Below, one piece after another: positions 22,208 through 24,935 of a stretch of 24,935 bases of DNA. The stretch comes from Candidatus Staskawiczbacteria bacterium (GTDB taxonomy: Bacteria > Patescibacteriota > Minisyncoccia > Minisyncoccales > Staskawiczbacteraceae). Position 1 is the stretch's first letter. Each line of letters opens with the position of its first letter. The translations under genes and the position numbers were made by a program. Under the pieces are notes generated by a model. That model did not search any database. It worked only from the letters and a program-made list of their open reading frames with translations, and was not told where the DNA came from. The DNA is taken from contig JAPLZD010000047.1 in assembly GCA_026395195.1 (NCBI GenBank), positions 1-24,935 on the forward strand, in the 5' to 3' direction.

Positions 22208-24935
22208 ATTTTTGAACGATTTTTTTTAACAAAGTAAATAATCGCAAACAATACAATAATTAAAATTAGCGCAAATAAAACAAAGGGCAGCCACACCTTA
22301 GTTGTTTCAGCAGAAAAAATATTCATAATTGCACCAGACAATCCGGCGGCAAACAATGTATTTTTTCCTGCAGTTTCTGAAACAACCGGTTGGATTGGTT
22401 CTTCCTCTGGCGCAGAAACAGGAACAGGAACGGGGGCTTCTGTTTGAGTGAGAGTTTGAACGGGAATGTTTTTGTTGCTTTCAGTCGTTTGTTCTGTAAT
22501 TTGAGTCCGCGCTGATGCCGGAGTCATTGTCCTATACTCTCCGCTAATTGCCAGCGATCCCCGGGAAACAGTTCTAAGATAATAAGTTGTAAGGGGGTCC
22601 AATCCTGTGATTGTTACTGAGTGAGAAGTGACCTTGTCAGTTATATCAGATTCTATCGTAGCATGAGCATAGCCGTATTTTGGCGGAGTTCCTGCGACAT
22701 CTGCCATATTCAGAGAGTGCTGCTCGCCTTCAGCTGAATATATCACATAACTGCTTGAAATAAAATTAGTGTTCCAATTGAGAGTTATACTATTTTCAGT
22801 AATATTGGGCGCTTTAATAGTTTCTTCTAAAATCTGCAAAACCGGCTCGGAAGGCAAACCGCCGCCACCGCCGCCACCCAAAGGAGGCGCTGGCGGCTGT
22901 ACCAAATTAACAATTATATTAAATGTTTTTGTTGCAGTGTTGGTTGCTGCATCTGCAGCTGAACATTTTACAATTGTTGTTCCTACTAAAAATTTATCAC
23001 CAGAATTTTTATCACAGGTCACTAAAACCGAACCGTCAACAATATCTGCGGCTGTTGGCGCAGTATAGGCTACTATTTTTCCCGAAGAATCATCTGTTTC
23101 AATTGTAATATCATCTGGAACAGTGATTACCGGAGCAGTTGTATCTTCAACCAACACAACCGCTGTTTGTGTTCCTTTATTTCCATGAGCATCAGTTGCA
23201 GCACAAGTAACCGTGGTGCTGCCAAGAGAAAAAATTCCGCCGGAGGTGGCGTCACAGACGGCTGACGCAGAAATATCTCCATCAACAATATCTGCGGCTG
23301 TAACCGCAAAAGTTGCCGTTGCCCCCGAAGCATTAACAGCTTCCACTGCTTGAGTAAGGGGCAAAACCGCAATATTTGGAGGAGTATTATCTGTTATATT
23401 AACAGTGAGTCCTGTTCCATTACCAACATTGCCAGATGAATCGGTTGCTGTGCAACTCACAGCAGTACTGCCAAGTGAGAACATCGAACCAGATGAGGGC
23501 GAACAAGTAGCAGAGATTATTCCGTCAACATCATCGGTGGCAGTCACAGCTCCGTATGTTGCAACAGCTCCCCCAGGTCCAGTTGCTTCAACATTTACGT
23601 TGCTAATTGCATTAATAACCGGCGCGCTGATATCGGAAACATTGACGGTTCTGATTACTTGGTTTGCAGAATTCCCAGATGAGTCTGTTGCATCATATTT
23701 GACATGAAAAACAGCCGGAATAGAAGTATTTACCGTATCCCCGCTGATATTGACCGCGGCACTGCTATCAACCGCATCTGTCGCAACGGCGCCATGTTCT
23801 GTATAAGTATCTCCTATATGAAGGTCTATTGATGCAGACCCATTCAAAATTATTACCGGAGCTGTTGTGTCCCTTACTGTCACGCTAAAGCTTCCTGCTG
23901 TATTATTTCCTGCTGTGTCGGTTACAGAACAATTTACAGAAGTAATATTTATCGAAAATGTTGAACCCGAAGCCGGAACACAATTTACAACAGGGTGAAG
24001 AGGAGTTGTGTCATCTGCAGTTGCGCTGTATGTTACCGCGACTCCGCTTGGCCCGGTGGCTTCGGCTGTGATATTTGCTGGCAAATGAAGCGTCGGAGCA
24101 GTATTATCAGTATTTAATCGACCAACCAATCCATATCCAATATTGCCAACAGTATCGGAAGCCTTAACACAAAGATAGTCTGTGTGGTTCCCTGCTATGC
24201 TAAAATCAGCGCTGTTAGTAAATGAATTGCCGTAGGTATCAGATACGTTACAAACATTATCCGCGCTAAAACCATATTCTAATGAGGCTGCGTTTAGATT
24301 TGAATCATTGACCGTAATATTAATTGCGTCTGATTGGACCGGGCCTGCAGCTGTGCCATTGTTAACGGTAAAAGTCGGGGGTACGTTGTCTATAACCTGC
24401 CCCATAAATACTAAATCGTTGCCAGCGAGCCTGCCAATCGCAAAAGTGCCTGTGGCCGCTGATGCTCCCCAGGCGTATAGCCTGAAAGTAATTGTGGTTC
24501 CGGCTGCCACATTTTGTAAATTTGCCACTCCAGATAAATCAATTTGCGGCATTGCCACGCCACTGTCACCGATAACAATAGTTCCTTGCGCCCCCACGTC
24601 AATTCCTGCGGTAGAAAAACCATCCAAACTGTATTGCCATTGATAAGCAGTTGGACCAGTGTTACTTTTTCTGAGATTAGAATCTATAGAACTCAACGAC
24701 ACTCTGTAATTAGCTTTCGCGCTTATTGCTACTTGAAAATATTCGTTATTGCTTATTGCAGTAGCTTTGGTTCCGCTAATCACATAAGCTGTAGATGAAA
24801 AGCCATTAGCTAATGGCTGAGGATTTATTCCCGCTCCTCTGGATAAAGTAGACGTGTTCAAATTTGCATCGTTCGTTGTGGCATTAAAAGTAACTTCGTC
24901 TCCAGCAAGCCCATTTGGATCAAATGCTATGATAG
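22204..24935 (-). CDS. Large surface protein, 5'-partial: four HYR-like repeats, one DUF5011-type Ig domain, FN3-like domain, C-terminal TM anchor
   Basis: The frame stays open to the window end (IIAFDPNGLAGDEVTFNATTNDANLNTST...). Repeated DxTAPV...EAT...ATDxxGN units, PPAPPLGGGGGGG linker, hydrophobic C-terminus followed by KKNRSKI. Confidence 0.85.
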   Translation of the reverse strand, partial: IIAFDPNGLAGDEVTFNATTNDANLNTSTLSRGAGINPQPLANGFSSTAYVISGTKATAISNNEYFQVAISAKANYRVSLSSIDSNLRKSNTGPTAYQWQYSLDGFSTAGIDVGAQGTIVIGDSGVAMPQIDLSGVANLQNVAAGTTITFRLYAWGASAATGTFAIGRLAGNDLVFMGQVIDNVPPTFTVNNGTAAGPVQSDAINITVNDSNLNAASLEYGFSADNVCNVSDTYGNSFTNSADFSIAGNHTDYLCVKASDTVGNIGYGLVGRLNTDNTAPTLHLPANITAEATGPSGVAVTYSATADDTTPLHPVVNCVPASGSTFSINITSVNCSVTDTAGNNTAGSFSVTVRDTTAPVIILNGSASIDLHIGDTYTEHGAVATDAVDSSAAVNISGDTVNTSIPAVFHVKYDATDSSGNSANQVIRTVNVSDISAPVINAISNVNVEATGPGGAVATYGAVTATDDVDGIISATCSPSSGSMFSLGSTAVSCTATDSSGNVGNGTGLTVNITDNTPPNIAVLPLTQAVEAVNASGATATFAVTAADIVDGDISASAVCDATSGGIFSLGSTTVTCAATDAHGNKGTQTAVVLVEDTTAPVITVPDDITIETDDSSGKIVAYTAPTAADIVDGSVLVTCDKNSGDKFLVGTTIVKCSAADAATNTATKTFNIIVNLVQPPAPPLGGGGGGGLPSEPVLQILEETIKAPNITENSITLNWNTNFISSSYVIYSAEGEQHSLNMADVAGTPPKYGYAHATIESDITDKVTSHSVTITGLDPLTTYYLRTVSRGSLAISGEYRTMTPASARTQITEQTTESNKNIPVQTLTQTEAPVPVPVSAPEEEPIQPVVSETAGKNTLFAAGLSGAIMNIFSAETTKVWLPFVLFALILIIVLFAIIYFVKKNRSKI

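Noticed and set aside
22860-22896. CCGCCA-type short repeats
   Set aside because: They simply encode the Gly7/Pro linker of the surface protein.
1175-24798. Plus-strand and nested ORFs of 60-188 aa (e.g. 2301-2867, 8195-8674, 11509-11835, 13725-14291, 15042-15461, 22769-23068, 24308-24643)
   Set aside because: All are antisense or out-of-frame shadows of well-supported genes, with Ser/Phe/Ile-biased composition and no recognisable motifs.
1-24935. Alternative genetic code 25 (TGA=Gly) as in Gracilibacteria/Absconditabacteria
   Set aside because: Long genes are open under code 11, and TGA terminates holB and the surface protein at ATGA overlaps with the next start.
1-24935. tRNA, rRNA, riboswitch or IS element
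   Set aside because: Intergenic gaps are about 110 nt or less and accounted for. I recognised no T-loop/cloverleaf, rRNA-like tract, transposase motif or terminal inverted repeat with target duplication. A tRNAscan/Infernal run would be decisive.

Overview
AT-rich window from a small-genome bacterium. I infer Patescibacteria/CPR (Parcubacteria-like) from the truncated AlaRS and ProRS, CPR-typical unknown families and the lack of clear Shine-Dalgarno motifs; TGA is used as stop, so the code is 11. It is mostly housekeeping and almost entirely minus-strand. In coordinate order: partial membrane protein, gatA, gatC, mreB, proS, rseP, frr, holB-like, an accessory block (period-7 hairpin repeat, 583-aa Cys-rich protein, HEPN, wHTH-MNT with a tandem palindromic operator), a second mreB, a 5'-truncated murA fused head-to-head with a 5'-truncated PEGA-domain gene (the only plus-strand gene), a solo Cas4-like nuclease, rpsI-rplM-rplQ-rpoA-rpsD-rpsK-rpsM-rpmJ-infA, a baseplate-J-like membrane protein, alaS, a YkuK-like RNase H-fold protein, tpiA, and a large HYR/Ig-repeat surface protein that runs off the end. 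I saw no rRNA, tRNA, CRISPR array, transposase or integrase. The best leads are (1) the MNT-HEPN-Cys-rich three-gene unit with its operator and flanking hairpin, (2) the double-truncation junction at about 11846/11847 (real deletion or misassembly), (3) heptamer-repeat elements, one of them inside gatA, and (4) promoter geometry suggesting leaderless mRNAs. All family assignments come from motif recognition; no database search was run.
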